In this document: positions 1-13,693 of the stretch, in pieces
Layout: the number at the start of each line of letters is the position of its first letter
Position numbering within the stretch: the first letter of the stretch is position 1
NCBI RefSeq assembly: GCF_001194135.2
Contig: NC_068988.1
Coordinates: 95,785,201 to 95,849,200, forward strand
Direction of reading: 5' to 3'
DNA: 64,000 nucleotides
DNA from: Octopus bimaculoides
Lineage: Eukaryota
Position numbers and translations under genes: made by a program
The notes under the pieces: model-generated
The model's database searches: none
Told to the model about the DNA's origin: nothing
Seen by the model: the letters and a program-made list of their open reading frames with translations, nothing else

Positions 1-1024
1 TATATATATATATATATGCATATATCAGTGGCCTCATCGGGGATTATTCTGGCCATGATCTCCAGTTCAAGACACTAGCAGACATCTTTTTAATTATTCC
101 CATGATTTCGCTGCTAGCTGTCCATCTTAAACAGACAGCTATAAATGTGTGTATTAATAATGATATTTAGTTATTCTTTTTTACGACGCGCAGAGCTGTT
201 TTTCAAATAGTTTTGTTGTTGTTTAACAATCCTCTCTGCCGCCGTTGACATAACGTAGTTGCTCAGCCAGCCAGAATTGGCAGCCAATTTTCTTTTAATT
301 TCCGCCTTACCTAGAATTGGTGGTGTCGGTGAAAACGGTGATTTAATAATGATTCTGTGAGTTGTTGGCTTTGCACTCTGGGACCATGGAATCTTTGAGA
401 GAGGTGACGTATGGACGTATGTCACTCGTCAAAGGTTAAAGATGAACAGAAAAGAGAGGAACCGATAGTTTTACATCTGAAGTATGTGTCAGGTTCTTAT
501 ATAAACTTACCAGTTGATATCTCAAGAATAAAGCACCATCTTGATTTCTGGTGAAATAGGGAAAAAGGAAAAAGGTTAAAAGTTACACGGTCGAGTTGAA
601 AGTAAGAAATTCTTATAATTTGTAATTGGATGGATAAGTATACCTCTATGTTAATATACATACAAATTGATAAACCTACAAACATACATACAAATAAACC
701 TACATACATACATACAAATAAACATACATACATACAAATAAACCTACATACATACACATACATGCATACATACATACACACAAATAAACATACATACATA
801 ATGAAAAAGAATTTCGTTGAAGAGATTTTCCCCACGTGGTGAATTATAATGAAAAAATATATAATAAAAGAAAAAAATACGCGATTTATATATTTTTAAT
901 ATATTTTAAAGGAGAGAATATTATTATAGTCGACCGGTTGCGATTCGTTAATCGTGACACTACATGCATATACACACACAAGAACACATACGCAAACAAA
1001 CGCACACACACATATTATTACTAC

Positions 1025-1082
<58 letters not shown>

Positions 1083-1084
1083 GT

Positions 1085-1593
1085 GTGAGAGAGCAGAGCA
1101 TGCTATCAAAGTGACACTGGGGCAAAATATACGAAGCCCAGTATACCCATCATGGCTACCCGTCTGATAAGGGTACACCAGGCACATGCATCACAACCAT
1201 ATATGTGTAACATGGTGATTTCATAATCAGTGCATAACCTCGCAAGTGGAGCCCAGTTAGAATTTTCTTCAGGTCGAGTAGCCCATCCCGCTCAAAAGGT
1301 CCCCGAATAAGGGTTGTTTAAGGATGTTGAACGAAACACCCGTGCTTCCGAAGGCGAATTATCCAATCCCCAGAGAATTGCTTTCAACACATGGCTATGA
1401 TGCTCCCCCACTACTTCTGCTCTTGATCAGAGATGCACTTATCGTCAGCCACCAAAGGACACGCTCAACTGGTTAAGGTCAAACAAATCTGTGGTATTGA
1501 GGTGAATATATGCTGTAACCCATCTTTTATACCAAGACAAAACAGTGTACACGATAACACTTCCAATCCGTTAAGATCAGAAGGCACGAGAGC

Positions 1594-1597
<4 letters not shown>
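1085..1597 (-). mobile_element. Interspersed repeat (SINE-like, (AAT)n-tailed family); second copy at 43884-44005
   Basis: GAGAGAGCAGAGCATGCTATCAAAGTGA.ACTGGGG...GGGTACAC is shared with 43884-44005. Bounded by (ATT)n tracts on both sides. Confidence 0.75.
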
Positions 1598-1656
<59 letters not shown>

Positions 1657-2918
1657 ACAAGGCCTAGCAGAAACGTTAGCTTAGCGGTATTTTGTCTGTC
1701 TTTACGCTCTCAGTTTAGATAAACATACATGTGTACAATTTTGATATACAGCAGTTATCTATGTTGTGTATTTAAGTGCCTATATATAAGAGACAGAAAG
1801 AGATAGAGAGAGACAGGGAGAGACAGAGAAAGAGAGAGAGAGAGAGAGAAAGAAAGAAAGAAAGAAATGTAAAAAAATGGTGTTTTTGCTGTATACAAGT
1901 GTGAAGTTATGTCCATAGTGTATGACAAAGAGAAATGAAATGGCAGCAAGAACGAATGCGAGGAAGAGCTTAGTGAATGATTGGTAACAGCCGACCGCAA
2001 AGCAGAACCTCCGGGCATGTTTGGCCAATTCTGGAGAGTGAATCAGATCGAAGCTTTTCATAATCAAAATCTAATTAATCTTGCAGGATGTTCTTACTGA
2101 ATTTTGGTGAGAAATCAAACCGACAACTTACCACGGCCGCCACATGAAATAAATGTTGGAAGGCGTGTTTACTTGACTGTGTCAGTTTAATACATGGAAT
2201 TATACGGTAATATTGTCTGAAAATAACGCCTTAATTTAGACAGAGATATCCAAGGTTCGCTTCTAAGTAAGATTTACTGAAAGTTGCTTACATCAGTGGT
2301 TAATGAGAATGAGTTGTTCAAGAGAGTACACACTTTTAAATTGTTTGCGTTGACTTTGTGGAGTATCTGTTGATGTTGTTTAAAAGGAGGAATTCCAACC
2401 GCGTTTCGTGGTTTGCTACCTCAAAAGCTCCTTTATAGGATCCAGTGGCTAAAGACCACGTCCGGTTTCGGCCCCTACTCCTCTACCGTTTTCGACGTGG
2501 TCCCCCCCCCCTTTCGGAGGTGTCTTCAGCTCTGGTGTTGAGTGCATTTCTTGTTTCTCCTTCTTTCTTCTGTTCTCTGGCCTCTTCGATGAAGCTTCAA
2601 CGAGTGTCAGCGGGCGAATGACCATCCATCCAAATTTCACATTAAATACTTGTTGGTAGGCTCCAGCAGCCAGCACCAGCTAATTGTCACGTGGCACTGT
2701 CTAAACTTCAACTGACCAATGGAGGGGAAGGGCGCGTAATCTTAGCCCGCGCCCTCTCTAAACCTGCCTTCCAACAGTGTCGTGTTAGTTTCAGTTCTAG
2801 AAGCCAGAGCCGACCAGTTGTTTGGTGGTACAAGCGTTCGAACCAGGAGGAGGGGGTATCATGAATGAGACCGTCACCTGTCAATCAGCGATGCTGCTTA
2901 AGTGTCAGTTAGTCTCAC

Positions 2919-3445
2919 CTAGCGATGCCATTTCCCAGCCGGCATGTTATGGCTTTCAACCCATTTTTGGTCTTCTCGCTTCAGCCATATATAGAAGCTG
3001 GTTTTGTCGACTGCCTCCAGCATCCTCCTTATTACTTTTCTTAGCTCTGAGCTTGCAAATGCAAACCTTCTTTTAAATAACGTTGCCATTTTCCTTTCAA
3101 TGAAACCTCTGGCCCCCACTGCCAAGTGGATATACTCGACAGTCCATCCCTGTTCTCTGCACTCTTCGATTAATTTTTCGTACCTCTTCTCCTTCCGTTG
3201 CTCTGCATTAACGATGTTCTCTTCCCATGGCACTGACAGCTCTAGCAAAATTCCAATTCTCTGTTCTGTGTTCCATAGGATTAAGCCCGATCTTTTTGTC
3301 GTTTTTATGAGTGGAAATATTAACAGTCTTTCCAAATCCGTGGCCATCTCCCAGTATCCCTTCCATCTGTCGTCTCTCTCGTATATTTTATTTGAACGCC
3401 TGGCCTTATGTCCTTTCCCTCCTTCGATGAACTGACTGATTTAAC
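2919..3445 (-). mobile_element. HERO/NeSL-type non-LTR retrotransposon 3' fragment (restriction-like endonuclease domain)
   Basis: Translates QFIEGGK...YWEMATDLERLLIFP...TTKRSGLILW...LLELSVPWEE...RKEKRYEKL...AVGARGF...SFYIWLKR. This matches the RLE C-terminus pattern W.MAVDL...RPDIVLW...ELTVPWE...KY...EVG.RGF...WLW.KR. The PD motif is mutated. 2400-2918 may be its 3' UTR. Confidence 0.8.
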
Positions 3446-4149
3446 TGTAAAGAGTCAACTGACTCATGGAAGTGACATTAAAGATGATGTTAATCTCTGA
3501 TCCCTTGATTGGTTATTTTGCATCCCCGACGGGTCTCGGTTGAGCAGATCTATGATCAAAAGCAAGCTTTTCAGTTGTGGTCATCCTGTCACATATCAGG
3601 CTCTGTGCATCAGGGGCTACATGGCTACATTATCCAATGCATGCGTTCCTGCGAAGGAGAGATGCACTTGATTGCAGTTTCTAGCAGATTGAATAACCAC
3701 GTAGAGGATCCTTCATTAGTCCGATCTGATTGCTTGTCAGGTTTCCTGACCCTATTAACTCTGCCACCCGAGTTCCCACTTACGGTGAATTTGTATCGAA
3801 ACCAAAACACGAGAGCATCAACAACAATACCAACCTGTTTATCACTAAACAAGTTGATGTTCATAATTTGTGATAATTAGTGGATCTGAAGGAGATCATT
3901 TATAAACTGCATTGATTTCTCGAATCTATGGAAATCTATTGAATGTACGCCTAATGTTAAAACGTTTTAATTGCATTACGGAACAGGTTGTCAATTAACA
4001 GGTCTTCGATTATTGGCTGTCTATTATTAGAGGCTACATTTCTTTCGCAGATCCAAACATGGATGGCAACGTTTTAAACAGAAAAGTCTTATATGAAAAA
4101 AAAAAAAAAACAGAAACCTCAGCAAATTTAAAAAAAAAAAAGAAATGCT

Positions 4150-4355
4150 CCAGAGAGCCTCTATGAGGTCGTAAGAATTGCTAGAAACAGTAACCAAATT
4201 TTCCTCTAATTACATCCTATCGTCTAAAACAACAGATGTATTGAGTAATGTTACCTGGGTGCACCACACGTAGGAAAAAGATTAGGCAGTCACGGTTGGA
4301 AAGCTTTTCATTATAGATCTATTCGATCAAAGTAGACTTGGGGCTAAATAACAAC
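4150..4355 (+). mobile_element. Old interspersed repeat family ending GGGGCTAAA(C)AACAAC
   Basis: TGCTAGAAA.AG.A.CCAAAT...GATCAA...GGGGCTAAA.AACAAC. Diverged copies at about 3520-3720(-), 9310-9400(-), 14500-14720(+), 53780-54000(+). Confidence 0.6.
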
Positions 4356-4784
4356 GTACTGTCATTATTTGTTGCAATATAAGAAGCCATTCTTATTGCA
4401 TCAAATTAAAGGCAACAGAAAAGCAGAAACAATAAAATGTTGGACAAAAAATCTTTACAACAATTGCTTGTTTCTCCCTGTTCTGATTAAACATCTCGCT
4501 GGGTTCGACTTCCTCTTTCTATGTTTATAGTTTAATATTCAGTGATGAACTGGAGTCTATTTCAGATCTTCTACCTGTTATCGAGTGAGAAATCCAAATA
4601 GCATCAAATCACCATTGTCTCCTTTACCTGTTGTGTCTCCGGGTTAGAGAATGTTGGTGTGGTGTTATTCGTTGTACGTCTGAATGGCCCAGTCGAGGGC
4701 GAAACTCCAAGTAGACTGCCAACATTTGATATAATAAAGAGATGAAATATAACACCCCTCCTCCACAGATACATATAACACACG

Positions 4785-4827
<43 letters not shown>

Positions 4828-5620
4828 CCACATATGAATCGTTGGCGATTTTTCCTCCGTCTTCTTTTTCTATGGGACTTTCCTCTGTTTCTGAAGAAGA
4901 GCTTTGTTGTTGTTGTTTGTGGTGGTGGTGGTGGTCGTCGTCATCGTCGCTCCAGTCGGTTTCGACGTATAAGTGTTTGAAGGAGGGGACTTAAAGTAAA
5001 AGACAGAAAGAAAGAAAAAAGAAAAGAAAAAAACACACACACTAAGAAGTTGCATCTATTTGCGATGGATGCTAAGAAGTCGCAATGGGGACATTGAATG
5101 ATTTTGATTTTGTCCAGGATTGGCCAAATCCGTTGGTTGCAGGCTAGAGTTCTTCTATTGTTCTTTTTTCTTCAACTCAAATTGTTTGGATGCATCGTGA
5201 CACATTTTACGCCATGCAGATCGATCTCAGCAATGACTTTCACAAGATGTCAGGTTAAGCTGTAGAGATTTTAGTGATTGCTTCAACTTATCCTTATATT
5301 TAAGGACAGGTCTTCCTTTACCGCAGTATCCCTCTACTTGTTGGCTATACAAAAGAAATACGATCATCTTTCATTCGAAGAGTATGTCCTACTCATCTGT
5401 ACAGAACTCTAAGCAGCATGTGTCAAGTTTCATCAAAATCGATAAAACGATGTAGGAGGAGTTAGCTAACAACTCCACAAATACACCCACAGACAGAATT
5501 TCCCACGTATGTCGTAGATTATGAGGGAGAATTTTATCCTGGTTAAGTTTATTAACACCAAAGAAGCATTTGTTTTTAACACCATCACGATATGCCGTAG
5601 GACTTTCCATCCTAATGCAC

Positions 5621-5699
<79 letters not shown>

Positions 5700-6533
5700 N
5701 NNNNNNNNNNNNNNNNNNNNNNNNNNNNNNNNNNNNNNNNNNNNNNNNNNNNNNNNNNNNNNNNNNNNNNNNNNNNNNNNNNNNNNNNNNNNNNNNNNNN
5801 NNNNNNNNNNNNNNNNNNNNNNNNNNNNNNNNNNNNNNNNNNNNNNNNNNNNNNNNNNNNNNNNNNNNNNNNNNNNNNNNNNNNNNNNNNNNNNNNNNNN
5901 NNNNNNNNNNNNNNNNNNNNNNNNNNNNNNNNNNNNNNNNNNNNNNNNNNNNNNNNNNNNNNNNNNNNNNNNNNNNNNNNNNNNNNNNNNNNNNNNNNNN
6001 NNNNNNNNNNNNNNNNNNNNNNNNNNNNNNNNNNNNNNNNNNNNNNNNNNNNNNNNNNNNNNNNNNNNNNNNNNNNNNNNNNNNNNNNNNNNNNNNNNNN
6101 NNNNNNNNNNNNNNNNNNNNNNNNNNNNNNNNNNNNNNNNNNNNNNNNNNNNNNNNNNNNNNNNNNNNNNNNNNNNNNNNNNNNNNNNNNNNNNNNNNNN
6201 NNNNNNNNNNNNNNNNNNNNNNNNNATATATATATATATATAATATGCAAAAGGTTTAAAGAGTTAGTGATGACAGACGAGTAAACATATGAGGCAAAGA
6301 ATATATATGGCTTTATTTCCTTCGATTACACCAAAGATATATAAGTTTAGTGAGTCGTTATTTGTGTCTTTCAGACCCGGTTATCTTCTCCTTTCTTCTT
6401 CGTCGTTCTTCCTTTTCTGTACACTGTGATTTACATTAATGAACCCACATTCAGACATTCATATCACAAAAGCTTGGCTGTGTGCGAGTGAGAGCGGCTG
6501 TGTCCTTGTATGCGCATACATACATGCATACAT

Positions 6534-6602
<69 letters not shown>

Positions 6603-7623
6603 NNNNNNNNNNNNNNNNNNNNNNNNNNNNNNNNNNNNNNNNNNNNNNNNNNNNNNNNNNNNNNNNNNNNNNNNNNNNNNNNNNNNNNNNNNNNNNNNNN
6701 NNNNNNNNNNNNNNNNNNNNNNNNNNNNNNNNNNNNNNNNNNNNNNNNNNNNNNNNNNNNNNNNNNNNNNNNNNNNNNNNNNNNNNNNNNNNNNNNNNNN
6801 NNNNNNNNNNNNNNNNNNNNNNNNNNNNNNNNNNNNNNNNNNNNNNNNNNNNNNNNNNNNNNNNNNNNNNNNNNNNNNNNNNNNNNNNNNNNNNNNNNNN
6901 NNNNNNNNNNNNNNNNNNNNNNNNNNNNNNNNNNNNNNNNNNNNNNNNNNNNNNNNNNNNNNNNNNNNNNNNNNNNNNNNNNNNNNNNNNNNNNNNNNNN
7001 NNNNNNNNNNNNNNNNNNNNNNNNNNNNNNNNNNNNNNNNNNNNNNNNNNNNNNNNNNNNNNNNNNNNNNNNNNNNNNNNNNNNNNNNNNNNNNNNNNNN
7101 NNNNNNNNNNNNNNNNNNNNNNNNNNNNNNNNNNNNNNNNNNNNNNNNNNNNNNNNNNNNNNNNNNNNNNNNNNNNNNNNNNNNNNNNNNNNNNNNNNNN
7201 NNNNNNNNNNNNNNNNNNNNNNNNNNNNNNNNNNNNNNNNNNNNNNNNNNNNNNNNNNNNNNNNNNNNNNNNNNNNNNNNNNNNNNNNNNNNNNNNNNNN
7301 NNNNNNNNNNNNNNNNNNNNNNNNNNNNNNNNNNNTATATATATATATATTCACTATGGGGATATTTAAACGTCTTATAGGAATAGTTTTATCCAAGATA
7401 CTCTGGTTTAATATATTATATTTTGAAGAGATATTTCTTCAATGAATATATTATAAAACATCAAAGATTATAAACTCCTTTATTAATTTATTATTTCATT
7501 TTAATTTATCAATTAGTTAACAAATATAAATTAATTTATATCCATTGAATCTCCCCATTTTCAAAATTATACATATATATATATGTATATGTGTGTATGC
7601 ATATATGACAAAGTTAGGTAGCT

Positions 7624-7654
<31 letters not shown>

Positions 7655-8054
7655 AAGAGCGTAATAGTTGTAGGAGGAGCGAGATTAAACCTTATAACTC
7701 ATGCTTTTCACACATCAAGTCCTTCATATATATGCGTTTGCGTTCTAAATATCTAAGCGTCTGTTTGTGCGCATGTTTGAATGCATGTGCACATTTATGT
7801 AAGGGTGCGCGCGCGCGCACCTAAATATGCATGCTTCCATGAGTTTGTATGCCAGGGCATACGATATGTCTATACGTATGCTAGCGCCGTCGTAGACATG
7901 TATTGTTGAAATACAGTTAGATACATAATGTTTGCAAACGTCCATCTTTTTGGGGATTCAGAATATCAAAATATAATGGTGTGGTGTATGTAAGAATGTC
8001 TGTTTCTAATACAGAAATACGAATATGCTTCTGATTGGCTGCTTATGTATTTGA

Positions 8055-8086
<32 letters not shown>

Positions 8087-8476
8087 NNNNNNNNNNNNNN
8101 NNNNNNNNNNNNNNNNNNNNNNNNNNNNNNNNNNNNNNNNNNNNNNNNNNNNNNNNNNNNNNNNNNNNNNNNNNNNNNNNNNNNNNNNNNNNNNNNNNNN
8201 NNNNNNNNNNNNNNNNNNNNNNNNNNNNNNNNNNNNNNNNNNNNNNNNNNNNNNNNNNNNNNNNNNNNNNNNNNNNNNNNNNNNNNNNNNNNNNNNNNNN
8301 NNNNNNNNNNNNNNNNNNNNNNNNNNNNNNNNNNNNNNNNNNNNNNNNNNNNNNNNNNNNNNNNNNNNNNNNNNNNNNNNNNNNNNNNNNNNNNNNNNNN
8401 NNNNNNNNNNNNNNNNNNNNNNNNNNNNNNNNNNNNNNNNNNNNNNNNNNNNNNNNNNNNNNNNNNNNNNNNNNNN

Positions 8477-8528
<52 letters not shown>

Positions 8529-8839
8529 TCATGTATGTGTGCCTTGTAATTTAAGAGCATTTACAAAAATATATATTCTGGAGAATTTTGAATTACAAGG
8601 GAAAGAAAAACAGGAAACAAAATGGGGGAAAGGAAACTTTCCTTAGAATCAAAGTAATCAACGTGTGTTTATAAGTATTCCAGCATGGCTGTTAGAGATG
8701 GGGGGGGTGGTGAAAAAGAAAGTGACAGTAGAAAGTACATTTATATAGCGACCTATGTTTATGACCGTCTTTTTCTTTTTTGATTCTTCTTTTCTCTAGA
8801 GTTTTCATCTGGATCTTAGAAACTTTCTCACCTATTGTG

Positions 8840-8887
<48 letters not shown>

Positions 8888-9637
8888 GTAGTGAAATATT
8901 TGATGTGGCTTTATCGTTATATTTTGGCTAAATTGTTGGATGTTGACGGTTTCGTAACGTAAATGGCGTCGAATCAGTCAGTCTCTGTAAATACAATGTA
9001 ATGGAAAAGTAACGAAGGAAGGAAAGGAAAAGAAGTTCATGTTCATGATATCATAATTATTTTTTTAAAATTTTATTATTTTACTGATGTGATTTGTAGT
9101 TTTGTTTTTTGCTGAATTTTTGGTTTCGGTATTGGTTGGTTTTCGTCTGTTTTCAGTTCTGCGATTCTTCAGACAAAATGATTTTCGCCTAAAAGAAATA
9201 ATAAACGAAAGCAAAGAAAATTAACGATCAATTAATTATATCTGTTATTAATTTAACAATTAAATAATTTAACTAAAACTAGTTTGACGCAAATATTTTT
9301 GTCATTTTAGTCGTTGTTGTTGTTAAATACCATGTCAGCTCTAATGAAGCAGATATGATAAAAAGACACTCCAGCCATGATCATCCTGTTTTATGCTTTT
9401 CGTTCGACACATTATATTTTAGGTTCTGGGTTCTGGGATTTGATTTGAAGTAGGTTTAGATGATAGTTTTTATTAGGCTGAGACCACGTAGAAGCCCCCT
9501 CATTAGCATTTTAGCTTAATTAGCTGCTCTAATTAATAAGTGCTGAGAGAAAGAATAGGATAATAGGTATGCACACGAATAATCATTAAGCAACATTAAT
9601 TAAAATGTTACAATGAATTAATTAACCAGAAAGATTC

Positions 9638-9915
9638 AGCATGGCTGTGTGGTTAGACATTTGCTTCCCAACCACGTAGTTCTGGTTTCAGTCCCACTGC
9701 GTGGCACTTTGGACAAGTGACTTCTACAATAACCTCGGGCCGACCAAAGCCTTGTGAGTGGATTCGGTAGACGGAAACTGAAAAAAGCCCTTCATATATA
9801 ATGTGTGAGTATGTGTGTGTGTGTGTGTGTGTGTGTGCGCGTGTGTATTTGTGTCTGTGTTTGTCCCCTACTATCCCTTGACTACAGCTACTGGTGTGTT
9901 TACGTCTCCCGTAAC
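9638..9915 (+). mobile_element. tRNA-derived SINE, family A
   Basis: Head ATGGCTGTGTGGTT...GGTTTCAGTCCCACTGCGTGGCAC (A/B-box-like) and body GCCTTGTGAGTGGATT.GGTAGACGGAAACTGAAA.AAGCCC, shared with several copies in the window. Confidence 0.85.
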
Positions 9916-11606
9916 ATCCAAGTATGTAAATATGTACTCGCAAAGTCAAAACGTTACAAGTGCAGTGACCGTCTTTATAGGGGTGGCCAAATAAATATCA
10001 ATTCTGTGTGGTGAACTAGTGAAACTGTTAGGGCACCTGAGAGGATGTCTTGTGGCATCGACTAATTTGGATGGTAGACTTAATCCGTCGCAGGGCTTAA
10101 CACCAACACTTGATCCTTGGGTGCTAAGTATGTAAAGAGCTGGAACAAACACCGGCAAGCATTTTGTCCGAAGCCATAAAGCAACTCCGAACCCTTTATT
10201 AACAACAAACAACCGCCGTAATAATAACATTTTCGTCATCTCAGCAGGAGAGGAAGGAAGGATTTGACCTGAGAACAGAGAGTGCCGAAACGAACGTCAC
10301 AAAGCAATTTTTTCCCGACGCTTTAGCGAGACTGCATGGCTAGGGTCGATCGTTTGTTATCTTAATACAGTTTACTCGACTACATACAGCAACAACAACA
10401 ACAACAACAAAACAAGCAGGTAAAAAAAAAAAGTAATTGCAAAGGAAGTTGTGCTTATCGGAATTATCATAATCAATAGTTCATTATTTTCAGGGAGAAA
10501 TAAATCAATAATAAAACAAAAAAACCAAAATAATAATAAAGTAGTGAAATAACAAAATAATAATAAAATAATGAAATTGAAATTCTGATTATTTAATAAG
10601 AATTCTATACTTTAAATAGAAATATTTGCACTTAAGACTTTGGAATTAAAAAATGAACAGGAAAACATTAACAATCGCAATTAACAAACACACACACACA
10701 CACACACACACACANNNNNNNNNNNNNNNNNNNNNNNNNNNNNNNNNNNNNNNNNNNNNNNNNNNNNNNNNNNNNNNNNNNNNNNNNNNNNNNNNNNNNN
10801 NNNNNNNNNNNNNNNNNNNNNNNNNNNNNNTATATATATATACATACATACACGCACAAACATGCATAAGTACGTACATACATACATACATAATACATAC
10901 ATACATACATAATACATACATACATACATTAAAAATTCAGGAAAGAGAGAAAATAAATATAGTGAATTAATGCGGCACTTACAGCTCCTGCACCCCGACT
11001 ATAAATTCTCATAGGTGCATTAGGATATGTACCTACAGACTTACACAAAACCCTAGAAATTCTAGGTTTTTCGATGAAAAAGCAAAAAAAAAAAAAAAAA
11101 AAAAAAAAAGCTGACGCAAGATTCTCCAAATCCAATGTATTAGTGGTACAGTGAAGGTTTGTGAGTCATTCCAAAAATTCTTCTTCTGAGATTCTTTAGA
11201 TGAACAAATGCAGACACCTGGGTCTGTGTATCGACAGTTCAACCAACATACCAACTCAATCACACATTCACAAACACCGGAATCTCAACTGAAAAAGTCT
11301 TGTCGCGTTGTTAGCGGCCGGTTTGAATTCTCTCAAGAACTTAAATAAAACATACATATATACACATCTGTGTGTATGTTTGTTCTCATTTATAGCTTTT
11401 TATAAACATAAACATTAAATTAAAGGCTCTTTAAATACTTTTCAGTTGGTATTTCTCAACGCCTTTATTTTTACAGGTAAAAGGCTGACAATTACTTGAA
11501 AGTTTGGGTTATGTCTGAAGAAGACCACAGAGCTGGAAGTTCGCGATAACCGTCAAACTTTTCCTTGTCACAACAGCAATAACAACAACAACAATAATAA
11601 TAATAC

Positions 11607-11804
11607 TTTCTATTATAGGCGGTATGAATGAAATTTTAGGGGAGGGATGTAAGTCGATTGCATCGAACCCCAGCGTGTAATTGGTACTTATTTCACTTAC
11701 CCCCCGAAAGGATGAAAGGCTAAGTCGACCTTGGTGGAATTTGAACTCAGAACGCATTTTGCCGCCGCCGGCCGGTACACTACCGATCCTGCCATCTCGC
11801 TGCC
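11607..11804 (-). mobile_element. tRNA-derived SINE, family B
   Basis: GAAAGGATGAAAGGCTAAGTCGACCTTGGTGGAATTTGAACTCAGAACG shared with 60105-60290. Confidence 0.8.
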
Positions 11805-12214
11805 TTAAACACGGCAATGATATTGGGAGTAATATAAAGAAGACTTCCATTGAAACAAATGAAAATGTGGTGCTTCTTCAAGATACACACAAGAACACAT
11901 ACACACACACACACACGCACGCACACATGCACACATACACGCACACATGCACATATACACAGACGCAGACGCAGACGCGCGCACACACACACGCACGCAC
12001 GCACACATACACACNNNNNNNNNNCATGCACATATACACAGACGCAGACGCAGACGCGCGCACACACACACGCACGCACGCACACATACACACAAGCAGA
12101 CGCGTGCACACACAAGCCGCACACACACAGACGCAGACGCACGCGCGCACACACACGCACACACACATACACACATACAAGCACAATCAGACATAAAACG
12201 AAAACGAACTGACA

Positions 12215-13401
12215 GAAATAGCTCAGAGTGACCGGTGACACGTATTTGAACAGCAAAGATGAATACGAGTCTATCAAATAATATACAAAATAAATTCTTG
12301 AATTATTAGAAATTTCTCCGCCCCCGGGGAGCTAATTCAAGAATCATGAGCCCTCCAAAATTGACTTGCCATTAAAGAAAAGGAGTTTGATTATTTGAAG
12401 AGAAGAAGACAGCTTTAGATACATGTTTCTTCCTCAATAAGCGTCATCAGCTCCTCAATGAATATATATTATTGTACTAACACTTTACACTTTAAAAAAC
12501 AAATACACTATCTTCACTGAGTTAACAATAATCATTTCTTTTTGCCTGTCTATCAGTCAGTCTGTCTGTCTGTTTGTGTATCTGTCTGTCTCTCCCTCTC
12601 TCTCTCTATGTGTGTCTATATATCTAATGTATGACATGGCGTTATATAGATGAAAGTGTTGGATTTACACACACAACTACACACACACACACACTGACAT
12701 AAAAAAAAAGGACATACGTATATATTTGTAATTGTGTTTACGTACATACACATATACACAGAAATGTTGATATATAACAATTTAATTTCCTGCTCATCGC
12801 CCCACCACCACCACCACTGCTCACTGGCTGGCTAATTGACACTTAACAATCAACAGTATCAACCGAAGGACATCAAAGCTATTGATTTCAAAGTATGAGG
12901 AAATGAGAGTTATACAGTTGCCATTTTCTTCAAGAGTATCAACAGAGAAATGGCTTCTGATGACAATCGATTATTCCGGACGCAGGCATAGCTGTGTGGC
13001 TACGGTGTCCCTTTGTAATCTCGTTGTTTTGGCATCACTGCACGTCACCACGCATTTGTATCTTCTAGAATAGGCTACGATTGTTGCAGCAGTTACTTAG
13101 GAGTAAAATCTGATTGATGGAAACTATGCAAAGCCCAACGTTGGTCAAGTTATGTAGGCATCTCTGATGAGGCCCAAATAAGTGTCGAAAACCGAAGTCT
13201 GTTCTTTTGTTTTTCACACACACACACACACACTCACACAAGCACACATAATACATACATACACACAGGCACACGCACACACGGACAAGCATAAACTACG
13301 GGATTTCTAATAATTCAAGAATTTATTTTGTATATTATTTGATAGACCCATATTCATCTTTGCTGTTCAAATACGTGTCACCGGTCACTCTGAGCTATTT
13401 C
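12215..13401. repeat. Inverted repeat pair (99-bp arms, ~990-bp spacer)
   Basis: 12215-12313 vs reverse complement of 13303-13401: 97/99 identical, with weaker similarity ~15 bp further outward. Confidence 0.92.
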
Positions 13402-13657
13402 AGTGAGTTCATTTTCTCATTTACTGAGAAATAATTAATTTTGCCATATTTGTATGTTTGGTACTAGCTTTACATATATATTATATCTTATCTTGATTCT
13501 GTCTGAGATTCCCGTTCGCATCCCGCTGATATTAAACCGTTAAATACTACAGAATGCAAATTAGAAGCTTCAATTCTCTGGAGCCACGGTATTTGGTGTG
13601 TGTATGTCTACTGCAGAGGTTTGCATATATATTTATAGGCATACATACCTACTTATA

Positions 13658-13693
<36 letters not shown>

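Noticed and set aside
2395-2480. GAAA-CGCG and GAAA-CCGG motifs 3' of the HERO fragment
   Set aside because: No intact CUGANGA core at the right spacing.
9638-9710. tRNA-like A/B-box segments as tRNA genes
   Set aside because: They are SINE heads continuing into repeat bodies and do not form full cloverleafs.
12405-12460. Minus-strand CUGAUGA...GAAA-CAUG-UA hammerhead-like string
   Set aside because: Stem I and stem II do not pair; at best a heavily decayed copy.
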